Position numbers and translations under genes: made by a program. This document shows positions 38,764 to 47,864 of a DNA stretch of 64,000 nucleotides, one piece after another (within the stretch, counting starts at the first letter, position 1; each line of letters begins with the position of its first letter). Source of the DNA: a virus (Duplodnaviria; Caudoviricetes); the IMG/VR virus record IMGVR_UViG_2706795094_000001, positions 4,017-68,016 of that record; one strand, written 5' to 3'. The notes below the pieces were generated by a model that worked only from the letters and a program-made list of their open reading frames with translations, had not been told where the DNA came from and did not search any database.

Positions 38764-38833
38764 GGCGGTCCCTTCGTGGTTGTTGGTACCCAACAGCGAG
38801 GCCGGTGTCCTTTGGGGTGGGACACCGGCCTCG
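38764..38833 (+). ncRNA. Candidate small RNA or structured lysB 3' UTR containing an anti-leader/anti-SD sequence
   Basis: TATAGT at 38752-38757; CCCTTCGTGGTTGTTGGT at 38770-38787; two hairpins. Confidence 0.4.
38798..38832. terminator. 13-bp stem between convergent lysin and replication operons
   Basis: GAGGCCGGTGTCC / GGACACCGGCCTC; no U-tract. Confidence 0.75.
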
Positions 38834-38849
38834 ACTGCGTTACAGGGCG

Positions 38850-39470
38850 TTACGCCTTGGCGAGCGACTGCCGCCACTGCTGGTAGAGCGCCTTGTCATC
38901 CTCGCTGCCCGCAACGAGGATGAACGGTGCCGACTGATTCGGCTTCTTGACACCCTTGACGATCCGTCCCAGCACCCACGCGATGCCACGGTCGAGGGCC
39001 TTTTTGCCCTCACGCGCGAGCGCCTTGTTGAACACCATGATGTCGTCAAGACGCTCGCCGACCTCATACGGCTCGCATTCCTCGACCTCGCCGTCCCGGT
39101 TGAGGAAACCGAAGTTGCCGTTGTCCAGCCGAACAGCGGTCTGTGCGTTCGGCGTTCCCGGCTCGGGCACAGTGAGCGGGATGATGTCGAACCGCACGAA
39201 CTCGGATTCTTTGCCGTCCTTGTCGTGCACGGTGGCCATCGTGCCGTACTCGGTGGGGTGCATGAGCACCAACTGCCCGAGGAAAAACGCGGGCTTGTAA
39301 CCGCTGACCCCGGTGGGATCGGCGGCGGCGTACGGGTCGGACCCAACGGGCTTGTCCTCACCGACGTTGGTCACGTCGGGGAGGTCGGCGGGGTCGACCT
39401 TGCCCTTGCTCGGGGCGGGCGCAGCGGCGGTGGCAGCGCCACCCTTGCCTGAAAACGGGCTACCGGCCAT
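38850..39470 (-). CDS. Putative single-stranded DNA-binding protein (206 aa)
   Basis: AAAGGAG RBS; beta-rich sequence ending KPNQSAPFIL; next to exonuclease and helicase. Confidence 0.5.
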   Translation of the reverse strand: MAGSPFSGKGGAATAAAPAPSKGKVDPADLPDVTNVGEDKPVGSDPYAAADPTGVSGYKPAFFLGQLVLMHPTEYGTMATVHDKDGKESEFVRFDIIPLTVPEPGTPNAQTAVRLDNGNFGFLNRDGEVEECEPYEVGERLDDIMVFNKALAREGKKALDRGIAWVLGRIVKGVKKPNQSAPFILVAGSEDDKALYQQWRQSLAKA

Positions 39471-39527
39471 GGTGGTGATCTCCTTTGTGTTTGTGGTGAT
39501 GGTGGTGTTGTGGACTGCTCTGAGGTC

Positions 39528-40931
39528 TCAGAGCAGCTTTGCAACCGTGGTCGCAAAGTCAGTGAGGGTGTCGTCCCAGACATCCTGATATTCGGTGTAG
39601 ACCCGCTCGCCGTCCTCGGCTGACTCGATAGCGGTCAGAGCGAGGCGTGCCTCGGCGTAGCGCACGGACTGCTTGGTCGGTGCGGGCACGGCGTGCCGGG
39701 GCACCTCGGTCTTGGCCCGGCTGCGCATACGGCGGGTGGTCGAGGATTCGATGAGCGCCTCGGCACCCCACACCGCATCAATCGTGATCGCCGAGGCTTT
39801 CTCGGGGTGATCACTCGGCACGTGCACGAGGATGGCGAACGGGTCGCGCTCGTCGTCAGTCTCGTCGTCGGGGTGCGGGATGCCGATGAGCTTGGGCATA
39901 CGTTCCCAACCGTCACCGGTAGCGTTGAGCACGTGCGGTGCCCACGAGTACACCCCGCCGATCTGGACTGCGAACGCGAGCCACGAATACTGCATGCTGT
40001 CGACCTTGGTGGTCTTGACATCGCCGAGGACGAGCTCTCCGGTCGAGACGATCTGGAAAATTCGGTCGATCTTGCCCGCTGTCGCTTCCTCGCCGAGGTC
40101 ATTGAGCACGGTGCGTTCGACGTACTCCGGTAGCGCCACCAGACCTCGGTGTGCGAGCACCCGGCGGTAGGCCAGCGCGTGAGGCCGGACCATGTCGGGT
40201 AGATCGCGCAGCAGCACCATCCCGAGGTCGAGCGCTTCCAGCCACGCGTGCACGCACTCGCCGAACTCGCGTGCCTCGGCCCCGCCGGTCACGTTGTCGA
40301 TGGTCTCGATGACCCGGTCGATCTCGCCCACCTTGGTGTGGTTGGCGTAGACATCGCGCAACTCGGCGAGCAGGGCGGCGGCGGTGTAGTCCCCGCCCGG
40401 TCCCATCGGTTCGTTGGCCCTGCCGGTGATCTCGCGGTGCACGAGATTGAGCACCGCGCCGACGACGTTGCGGCGGTTCCATTTCGCCAGCCCCGTGGTG
40501 TCCTCGAGTGTCTTGGCCACCGTGGTGGCGCGCGGGTACGAGGTCAATCGGCCCGTCTCGGGGTGCGGCAACATGTACTGGTGCCGACCGTTGTATTTCG
40601 ACGGCGGGCGCGGCGGCTCGGGCGGCAGCGGATAGCGCATCCACTCGGTGTGCCGGGGGTAGAAATCGCCATTCTCATCGATTGCCGTCATGGTGGCTGT
40701 CTCCTGTCGTGGTTGTTGGGTTTCGTGCGTCTGCGGGGCTGTGGGGCCGGTCTGCGGGGCGTCGGGGTCGCCGTCCCACGTGAGCACCGAACCGTCCGGC
40801 GCGATCACGACGCGGTAGTCTGCGTGCGCCTGCTCGGGGTCGGCGGTCCAGCCGTCGCCGTCGGCGGGCCGAAACCACACCGAGCCGTCTGGCTGCCGCC
40901 ACGCGGGGAACTGCCGTGCCACGCTCACCAC
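39528..40931 (-). CDS. PD-(D/E)XK (Cas4/RecB-like) exonuclease; alternative internal start at 40691
   Basis: AGKIDRIF...LGDVKT...Q motifs; GTG 40931 abuts helicase stop; strong RBS before ATG 40691. Confidence 0.8.
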   Translation of the reverse strand: MVSVARQFPAWRQPDGSVWFRPADGDGWTADPEQAHADYRVVIAPDGSVLTWDGDPDAPQTGPTAPQTHETQQPRQETATMTAIDENGDFYPRHTEWMRYPLPPEPPRPPSKYNGRHQYMLPHPETGRLTSYPRATTVAKTLEDTTGLAKWNRRNVVGAVLNLVHREITGRANEPMGPGGDYTAAALLAELRDVYANHTKVGEIDRVIETIDNVTGGAEAREFGECVHAWLEALDLGMVLLRDLPDMVRPHALAYRRVLAHRGLVALPEYVERTVLNDLGEEATAGKIDRIFQIVSTGELVLGDVKTTKVDSMQYSWLAFAVQIGGVYSWAPHVLNATGDGWERMPKLIGIPHPDDETDDERDPFAILVHVPSDHPEKASAITIDAVWGAEALIESSTTRRMRSRAKTEVPRHAVPAPTKQSVRYAEARLALTAIESAEDGERVYTEYQDVWDDTLTDFATTVAKLL

Positions 40932-40933
40932 GG

Positions 40934-42637
40934 TTACGCCTCGATCCTTGTGATGTTGCGGTCGAGGCGGCGGCTGATTTTCACCGTCGAGATCTCGTCG
41001 CTGAGCTCGGCCTTGGTCATGGCGTCGGCACCGACAATGCCGAGGCCCCGCGCGAAAGCAATCTGCTTGGCGGTGGCGGGCTGCTTGCGCCGCCATGAGT
41101 CTTTCTTGCTCGGCAGCCGTTTACCGCTGTTGACGATCCATGCCTCGGCGGCCTCGCAGGCAGCCTCGAGCCCGATGTAATCCGGCTCGGCGACACCGAC
41201 CGCGCCGGACCCCGATACCCAACCACCGCGCCCGGTCTTGGTGCTCATGGTGGCCACCGCCCACGAGGTGGCATTGGCGTCGAGCGGACGGTACCCGTCC
41301 TTGGGCCACACGAACACGATCTCGTCATCCATGAGCGGGATGAACGGGACACCGAGGGTGGTCTCGCACCACGTCACATCGCTGCCGGACAGCAGATCAA
41401 TCACGACCATCTCGACCGGTCCCTGCCGAACGAGCTTGGGTGTCGGGTCGCTTCCCTCGCCGGGCAGCTCGTCGTCGGGTTCGATCTCGATGACCGAGCC
41501 GTCCTCGGTGACCTCGGCGGCGTCGACACCGGGCACGAGTTGCGTGAGGTTGACGAGTTTCATCGAGCGCGATGACCCGGCGAGGTCGAGCACGAGGGCA
41601 TCCTGCTTGCCGTCGTACAGACGCAGCGCGCGACCGATCATCTGCGAGTACAGGTTGCGGCTGCGGGTGGGCCGGGCCAGCACGACGCAGTCACACATCG
41701 GGAAATCGGCACCCTCGGTGAGCACCTGCACAGTGACCAGCGCCTTGGCGGTGCCGTTGCGGTACGCCTCGTATACGGGCTGGCGCTCGGCGTAGCTCAT
41801 CGAGCCGGTGACGGCGACGGCGGGGAAATCGGCGGCGGTCAGTGCGTCGGCGATGTGGTGGGCGGCGTCGACCGACGCAGCGAAGATGATGGGGCGGCGG
41901 TCGGCGGCGTGCAGCTTGATCGCGTCGACCACGTACTCGGTGGCCGCTTCCATGACCTCGGCGAGGTCGGACTGCTGAAAGTCACCGGCGACGGTGCGTA
42001 CGTCATCGAGGGCGTTGAGGTTCTTGATGCGGACGGTCAGACCGCGCGGGCGCACGAGGTAGCCAGAGTCGATGGCCCAGAGAATGTCTTTCTCGTAGAC
42101 GACTTTCTCGATCACGTCGCCGAGGCCGACCGGGCTTTTGCCCTTGTCGTCGCGACGCATCGTGGCGGTGAATCCTGCGAACAGTGCGTCGGTGTATCCG
42201 CCGAGCTCTGTGAACGTCGTGTGGAAACCCTCGGCCCCGGCGTGATGCACCTCGTCCCAGAGGATGCGGCGACGGAAACCGACAGCCTCGCGGCGGTGCG
42301 CGGTGGCCAACGTCTGCAAGGTCGCGACCACGATGGGCGCGCTGTGGTCATCCATTTCGGCGCGCACGATGCCGACGTGGCTGCGCGGGATCGAGGGGTC
42401 GACCTCGAAAATGGTGCCCGCCATCTGGTCGATGAGCTCACCACGGTGAGCGACCATGAGGACGGGCTCGCGGTTCTGGTATCCGTTGACGGCAGTGCGA
42501 CCGATGACCGTCGACTTGCCGGTGCCGGTGGGGAGAACGACACCCACGCGGGTCACGCCTTGCGACCAGTGAGACTCGATGGCCTCGACTGCCTCGCGCT
42601 GGTACGGGCGCAATTCCCGAGGCGCTGGTGATGTCAT
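40934..42637 (-). CDS. SF2 DNA helicase (567 aa)
   Basis: LPTGTGKS, DEVH, GFTAT, LTEGAD, QMIGRALR. Confidence 0.92.
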   Translation of the reverse strand: MTSPAPRELRPYQREAVEAIESHWSQGVTRVGVVLPTGTGKSTVIGRTAVNGYQNREPVLMVAHRGELIDQMAGTIFEVDPSIPRSHVGIVRAEMDDHSAPIVVATLQTLATAHRREAVGFRRRILWDEVHHAGAEGFHTTFTELGGYTDALFAGFTATMRRDDKGKSPVGLGDVIEKVVYEKDILWAIDSGYLVRPRGLTVRIKNLNALDDVRTVAGDFQQSDLAEVMEAATEYVVDAIKLHAADRRPIIFAASVDAAHHIADALTAADFPAVAVTGSMSYAERQPVYEAYRNGTAKALVTVQVLTEGADFPMCDCVVLARPTRSRNLYSQMIGRALRLYDGKQDALVLDLAGSSRSMKLVNLTQLVPGVDAAEVTEDGSVIEIEPDDELPGEGSDPTPKLVRQGPVEMVVIDLLSGSDVTWCETTLGVPFIPLMDDEIVFVWPKDGYRPLDANATSWAVATMSTKTGRGGWVSGSGAVGVAEPDYIGLEAACEAAEAWIVNSGKRLPSKKDSWRRKQPATAKQIAFARGLGIVGADAMTKAELSDEISTVKISRRLDRNITRIEA

Positions 42638-42650
42638 GTGAGGTGCTTTC

Positions 42651-42710
42651 GTGTGGTGTTGGTGTGTTGCTGGTGTGGTGTTGGTGTGTTGCTGGTGTGG
42701 TGTTGGTGTG
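42651..42710. repeat. 22-bp tandem repeat, about 2.7 copies
   Basis: Unit GTGTGGTGTTGGTGTGTTGCTG at 42651 and 42673, partial copy at 42695. Confidence 0.9.
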
Positions 42711-42714
42711 GTGT

Positions 42715-42794
42715 CCGGCTGACCTGAGCGGGCTTGGGTTTCACTCAGGTCAGCCGGTCCATCAGAACTTACCCGAACTGTTCGGGGTTGTCTA
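42715..42794 (-). promoter_or_regulatory. Variant promoter with 14-bp 5' hairpin upstream of helicase
   Basis: TAGACA-17-TAAGTT at 42794-42766; CCGGCTGACCTGAG / CTCAGGTCAGCCGG. Confidence 0.7.
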
Positions 42795-43007
42795 CCCGTC
42801 GTCGGTGAGTTCGGTGTTCTCGATCCTCGTGCGGTCGTATGTCTGGCGCTCGGCGGTGTCGGCCTGTTCCTCGGGACGGGTGCCGTGTGCGAGCCAGAAC
42901 TCGCGAGCTGCCCGTGCGTAATTCGCGCGCATGAGCTCGGCACCCTGCAACTTGGTGCTCGCGCCGACAACGCGCGACCCGTCGATGACCACGTAAATGT
43001 CGGTCAC
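42792..43007 (-). CDS. Hypothetical protein (71 aa)
   Basis: GTGA overlap. Confidence 0.65.
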   Translation of the reverse strand: MTDIYVVIDGSRVVGASTKLQGAELMRANYARAAREFWLAHGTRPEEQADTAERQTYDRTRIENTELTDDG

Positions 43008-43681
43008 GACGCACCCGCCTTGATCCGCTCGGCTTTCTCTTCCATGAGCTTGGCCAGCGTCGACAGCGGCATACGTGTCCACACGGTGGCGGCGACTTTG
43101 AACTCTCGCCGGTCATCGGTCAACTGCCGGTCAGGGTCGCCGCCCGAGTAGGCCCACACGCAGTTGTCACCCCGGCGATACCGCGTGTAGTAGACCGTGC
43201 CACCCCACCCCCGATCATCGAGGAACAGCTCGGGCGACAGACCGAACATGTAGCTGCCGAGGTTGGGCACCTGCTTGATCGCGTCGAACACCTTGTTGGC
43301 GTCGGACTCGCGGTCAGCCTTGGTGCGCCGCGACGGGACGAGCAGGTGGCTCTTGCTGTCGACGCGCCACCCGGTGGGCGGGGGACGGTGGTCGGGATGG
43401 CCGGACCAATACGTCATTTCGCGCGGCGGGGTGAAACCGCTGATCACCGAGCGCGTGCCGTGCGACCACATCATGGCGTCCTCGGCCCCGGTGCCGCCGA
43501 ACGTGTCGCGAACGAACGCATCGACACGGTCGCGGTGCGCCTCATAGTCCGACTCCCACCGGTCGTATGCCTCGATGATCTCGGGGTCGGTGCTGATCCA
43601 CCACGCTGCGGGCAGCGCACCCGTGCTCGGGACACCGTCGCCGATGAGCTGCCGGGCGGTGTCGAGGTCGACGGCGGTCAT
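43004..43681 (-). CDS. Hypothetical protein (225 aa)
   Basis: ATGA overlap, typical codon use. Confidence 0.75.
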   Translation of the reverse strand: MTAVDLDTARQLIGDGVPSTGALPAAWWISTDPEIIEAYDRWESDYEAHRDRVDAFVRDTFGGTGAEDAMMWSHGTRSVISGFTPPREMTYWSGHPDHRPPPTGWRVDSKSHLLVPSRRTKADRESDANKVFDAIKQVPNLGSYMFGLSPELFLDDRGWGGTVYYTRYRRGDNCVWAYSGGDPDRQLTDDRREFKVAATVWTRMPLSTLAKLMEEKAERIKAGAS

Positions 43682-44046
43682 CCGAGCCACCCCGGCTCGT
43701 CGTGGAGCACTGTGGCGTCGGTGACCGGGTAGACCTCGATGCCCTTGCTACGTCGAGGCACCACGTATCCACCGTCGCACGAGGTGGACGCGTAGTACCG
43801 CCCGCCATAGGTCGTGCACGTGAACGGTTTGTAGTAGCTCGGCGACCAGAACTCGCGGTAGCGCGTCCACGATCCATCGGCCCGGCGCGGCGTGTCGCAC
43901 AGGGTGCGGGTGTTCGATCCCCACAAGATCCACAGATCAGTCTTGCAACCGGCGATCTCGTCAGCCGAGGCGGCGGGCGCGGTGGCCAGGGCACCGGCTG
44001 CCGTCATCGCGACGGCAGCCAGTGCGGCCTTGAGACGGCGGCTCAC
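43678..44046 (-). CDS. Predicted secreted protein, CDGP-like (122 aa)
   Basis: Signal peptide ending ASA-DE; CDTPRRADGSWTRYR. Confidence 0.7.
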   Translation of the reverse strand: MSRRLKAALAAVAMTAAGALATAPAASADEIAGCKTDLWILWGSNTRTLCDTPRRADGSWTRYREFWSPSYYKPFTCTTYGGRYYASTSCDGGYVVPRRSKGIEVYPVTDATVLHDEPGWLG

Positions 44047-44333
44047 CACGGGTCGGTGGTTTCGACGTGGTGACGACCGCCACCGCAGCGGACATCGCAG
44101 CGCTTGACGGTCTTGAGCCCGTCCTCGGTCATGACTTTCTTGGGGGTGCCGTCCTCGTTGTAGACGGGCACCCACACCGCCGAGCCGCCGTTGCCGGACG
44201 CACACGCGTGCTTGTAGATCTGGCCCTTGCCGAAACCGTGGTTGTCGCACATCTTGGGCGCGGCGTCGGCGATCCCGGCGGGCGCGAGCGCCACACCGAG
44301 CGCGGCAGCAGCCGCGATGATCAGGGTCTTCAT
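44043..44333 (-). CDS. Predicted secreted Cys-containing protein (96 aa)
   Basis: MKTLIIAAAAALGVALAPAGIADA signal peptide; AAAGGAG RBS. Confidence 0.75.
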   Translation of the reverse strand: MKTLIIAAAAALGVALAPAGIADAAPKMCDNHGFGKGQIYKHACASGNGGSAVWVPVYNEDGTPKKVMTEDGLKTVKRCDVRCGGGRHHVETTDPW

Positions 44334-44379
44334 GGTTGGTCTCCTTTGTGGTTGTTGGTGGTTGGTGCTGCTGGTGATG

Positions 44380-44408
44380 AACTTACCCGCATGTGTCGGG
44401 TAAGTCAA
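44380..44408 (-). promoter_or_regulatory. Promoter with perfect dyad operator
   Basis: TTGACT-17-TAAGTT; ACTTACCCG-N7-CGGGTAAGT. Confidence 0.8.
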
Positions 44409-47156
44409 CTAGTCCCCGTCGATCACCTCGGCGGCAGCCAACGTGCGAGCCTGTTCGATCCCGACCTGACCGGGGATGTAGCGGCTGCCCGAGGCGGTGC
44501 CGGTGAGCGTCTCAATGAGGTTGAACCGCAGACCCATATCCACCGCACGCTGAATGTGCAGCTTCCAGTATGCGGCGCTGTCCCGACGGCTGCGGGCATA
44601 CGCGTCGGCCTGCACGGCGGTGAGGATCTCCGCGCGCGTGGCACCCTGTGTCGGCAGATCGTTGACGAACTGCCGGATGCGCACGGCGGTCTCGATGACA
44701 GCCTCGGGGCGGGGTCGAGCGAGCACAATTTCTCCCTGCATCGGGTCGACGCTGCCGTTGGGGCCGGTGATCAGCGGGGCCTTGATCCCGGCGTCCTCGT
44801 CCTCGTAGCTGACCATCATCAGTGCGATGGCTTCCTCGAGTGCCTCGGCGTTCTTCTGCTTGGTGGTCATGACTTCCATCGGGCGGCCCGGCAGGCGTCC
44901 ATCGATCATCGCCGACTCGGTGTCCCACGTCGCCGCCCGCACCACGAGCTCGCTGTCGAGGGCACCGTTGAGCGCCGACGATCCTCGACCCTGATCGGTG
45001 TGCGCCTTACTCGTGTGGTGCACTACGCACACACCAGCGCCGGTGAGCTCACGTAGCTTGTCGTAGCGCCGGACCGCGACACCGACATCGGTGGCGCTGT
45101 TCTCTTCAAGACCCGACGACTGACGCGCGAACGTATCGAAGACTACGAGGCCGATCTCGTGCCGGGCGATGTACGCGGCCAGGTCACCCCATGCCTCGTT
45201 GCTGGCCTTGATCAGGATGATCGAGTCGCCGAGCATCAGATCGTTGCCAAGGTCGACATCGTGATTGGCTTCCCACGCGCGCAACCGTTGCACAGCACCG
45301 GCGAGACCCTCACCGGGCAGATACAGCACCTTGGTCTTGAGGGTGCGGCGGCCCTGCCACCGCTTGCCCACCGCGATGTGGCAGGCCATGTCGAGCACCA
45401 CCGACGACTTACCGATGCCGGGCGGCCCGATGATCGAGGTCAGACCACCGTGCTCAAGCAGACCCTCGATGACGTACTCGGGCGGCGGCATATCGCGCCA
45501 ATGCGAGAACGGGGCGATGCGCGGCACACCGCTGTGCGGACTGTCGTAGACATCGGGGTCGGTCTGCTCGGGGTCGGCGGCGGCGTACGGCGATGGTTCG
45601 TCGGCGGGCTCGGCCTTGCCGAAATCGGCAGGCAGATCGCTGAGGTCGTCGGCGTAGCTCGTCGGCGTCGGGCACGGCTCAGGACCGGCGGTGTGCGCGG
45701 TGTTGCACGAGGCGTCGTGCGCGTAGGTGGCGGGCGCGGGCTCGGCGAGGTGCTCGTCTCCCTCGCTGCCGCCCTCGGGCATGTGCCACATGTCGCCGTC
45801 GGCGTCGACCACGAACGCACCTGCCTCGGTGTCGCACACCGGGCAGAACGGTGTCTCGTCGGGCGTCGAGGTCGTCTCAGGTTCAGGCGCGGCGGGCAGC
45901 TCGAAATCTCCGTCTCCGGTCATCGCGTGATCGGGGTCGACCTGCTTGGGTGCGATGTCGGGGTCGACCTCGACTGCCAGATCCGGCGTCAGCCCGATCT
46001 CGTCCATGGCCTTGCCGATGTTGCCCTCGTAGTCGATGAGCGCGACGGCTTGCAACTTGCTGAGGGTCTTGGTGCCCTTGTCGGAGATCCACGCCTCAAA
46101 CGGCTCGCCGGGGTTGTCAGTCCAGATGTGCAGCGGTGCGTTGACCTCGGTGTAGCGGCCCAATGCGCAGCCCGTGTCGTGTGCGGTGGCGCTCTTGGGT
46201 GAGGCGTGGACACCGGGCGCGGTCCAGACCGGGCATCCACACGCATCGGCGCGCGGTGCGGGGGTCCAACCGAGCGGCTCAAGGATCGCTGACCACGGGG
46301 TGGCCTCGGCCCACCCGTCGATGGCCTCGCTGAGCTCACCGTCCTCGCTATCGCGGTGCGCACGCTCGGTGCGCTCGGCCCGGCGCGCGGCGGCCTCACG
46401 GATCGCGTCGAGCAGCCACGGTGCGTCGGTGATCGGGTAGTCGCGACCGACGACCTCGTAAGCACCCTCGGGGCGGGTCGACGGCGGGATGAGCACATAG
46501 CGCTTGTCCCACAGGACTGCGAAACCGTCCTCGCCGCCCCACGTCATCGCGCCGAGGTTGCGCGGCAGCGTCGGAATGATCTCGTCGGGCACGGTGAAGT
46601 AGAAATGCCCGCCGTCGCTGTGTGCCCACGAGCTCGGATCGGCAAGGTCGCCGTCCTTGCCCGCGTGGCCGGGCGTCACCACGGTGGGCGGTGGCACGTC
46701 GTCAATGCCGATGTCCTCGGGCAGTGCGGCCTCGTAGAACCTCTGTAGCTGGGCGGCAGTGTCGCAGTCGACCACGACCAGCGCCGAGCCGCCGACCTCG
46801 ACGGCGACGTTGACCGGCACACCCTCGGGGTACCGCTCGGCGTACAGGGTCAGGTACCGCTTCAAATAGCGGTCGAGCACTGTCTTGTCTGAGGTGGCCA
46901 GCGTGAGACCGGCTGGCGATTTGACTCGCGCCCAGTCCCGTCTACCCGCCTCACGCGCGGCTTCCTGCGCCGCCTTGTCGTCAGCTTTCTTCTTCTGCGG
47001 GGTGCGCAGGTCGACGGGTGCCTTGGAATCGGGCGCGATGAACATGATCGACAGCCCAATATCGGCGGCCTGACGCACAAATGCGCGCACCGCCTCGGGG
47101 TCGCGGTTGTCGATGCCAGCGCCGAGGATGGCGGTGATGGGGGTTGATCCGAGCAC
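44409..47156 (-). CDS. Primase-polymerase / AAA helicase fusion (915 aa)
   Basis: Prim-Pol motifs LVVVDCD, HFYF, YVLIPPS; GPPGIGKS, VFDTFAR, VHHTSK (RepA/AAA_25-like); start GTG 47156 after leader and RBS. Confidence 0.88.
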   Translation of the reverse strand: MLGSTPITAILGAGIDNRDPEAVRAFVRQAADIGLSIMFIAPDSKAPVDLRTPQKKKADDKAAQEAAREAGRRDWARVKSPAGLTLATSDKTVLDRYLKRYLTLYAERYPEGVPVNVAVEVGGSALVVVDCDTAAQLQRFYEAALPEDIGIDDVPPPTVVTPGHAGKDGDLADPSSWAHSDGGHFYFTVPDEIIPTLPRNLGAMTWGGEDGFAVLWDKRYVLIPPSTRPEGAYEVVGRDYPITDAPWLLDAIREAAARRAERTERAHRDSEDGELSEAIDGWAEATPWSAILEPLGWTPAPRADACGCPVWTAPGVHASPKSATAHDTGCALGRYTEVNAPLHIWTDNPGEPFEAWISDKGTKTLSKLQAVALIDYEGNIGKAMDEIGLTPDLAVEVDPDIAPKQVDPDHAMTGDGDFELPAAPEPETTSTPDETPFCPVCDTEAGAFVVDADGDMWHMPEGGSEGDEHLAEPAPATYAHDASCNTAHTAGPEPCPTPTSYADDLSDLPADFGKAEPADEPSPYAAADPEQTDPDVYDSPHSGVPRIAPFSHWRDMPPPEYVIEGLLEHGGLTSIIGPPGIGKSSVVLDMACHIAVGKRWQGRRTLKTKVLYLPGEGLAGAVQRLRAWEANHDVDLGNDLMLGDSIILIKASNEAWGDLAAYIARHEIGLVVFDTFARQSSGLEENSATDVGVAVRRYDKLRELTGAGVCVVHHTSKAHTDQGRGSSALNGALDSELVVRAATWDTESAMIDGRLPGRPMEVMTTKQKNAEALEEAIALMMVSYEDEDAGIKAPLITGPNGSVDPMQGEIVLARPRPEAVIETAVRIRQFVNDLPTQGATRAEILTAVQADAYARSRRDSAAYWKLHIQRAVDMGLRFNLIETLTGTASGSRYIPGQVGIEQARTLAAAEVIDGD

Positions 47157-47294
47157 GTTTGGTTCCTGTTCGTTTCGTGGTTGTTGGTGTGCGGAATGGC
47201 GAGCGTAGCGGGTCATTTCGAGCCCGTCGAGGCACCGCTATGGGTGGGGTGCGACGACTCGATCGGGCCCTACATCTAGGGGATCTCGCCGGTA

Positions 47295-47864
47295 TCAGTC
47301 ATGGCCACCCGCCTTGTGCCGGATCATGACCCCGGCCCCGAGCGCGATGTACGCGACCGCGTCGACCCACGAGTCGTGATGGTCCGGTGTCTCGCGCAGC
47401 CGTGCGATCTTGAGCGTGGCGAGGCAGAGCGCGACCTGCTCGGCGGTCACCTCGGTGCCCAGGATCGCCGACCACATCGAGGCGGTCACCCCGAAATTGT
47501 CGGCGGCGTCGCCGTAGGAGGCCTGCCTCGGCCCGTTGAACAGTCCGATGGCCTCGCGGGCGATGTCCTCGGCAAGCTGCCCGGTGGGCGGGATCTCGGG
47601 TCGCTCGGGCGCACCCTTGAGCGACGCTCGCAGCGCCTCGCTCTCGGCCATGCGCTCGGGTGCGCCCTTGACGGCGATCTGCGGCGGGGTACCGATGCCG
47701 ACGGTGCCCGGTTTGGGCCGCTCGACGGGCACCTCGGTGGGCTGCGTCCCCCGTATGGTGTGGAGCTCGTCGGCGCAGCGGCACGCACGATCTCCGGTCT
47801 TGTGCGGGCATCCGTGCATCGGGCAGTATCCGCCCACATCACACGTGCACGGTTTGATGGTCAT
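47295..47864 (-). CDS. Cys-rich N-terminus plus DUF6378-like domain (189 aa)
   Basis: RQASYGD...NF...MWSA...LKIAR...HHDSWVDAVAY. Confidence 0.7.
   Translation of the reverse strand: MTIKPCTCDVGGYCPMHGCPHKTGDRACRCADELHTIRGTQPTEVPVERPKPGTVGIGTPPQIAVKGAPERMAESEALRASLKGAPERPEIPPTGQLAEDIAREAIGLFNGPRQASYGDAADNFGVTASMWSAILGTEVTAEQVALCLATLKIARLRETPDHHDSWVDAVAYIALGAGVMIRHKAGGHD

Noticed and set aside
39528-40931. Cas4 as part of a CRISPR system
   Set aside because: Stand-alone PD-(D/E)XK exonuclease in a replication operon, which is common in phages
42651-42710. Possible CRISPR array or mini-array
   Set aside because: Head-to-tail repeats with no spacers; the dispersed promoter cassettes are separated by whole genes; no cas genes
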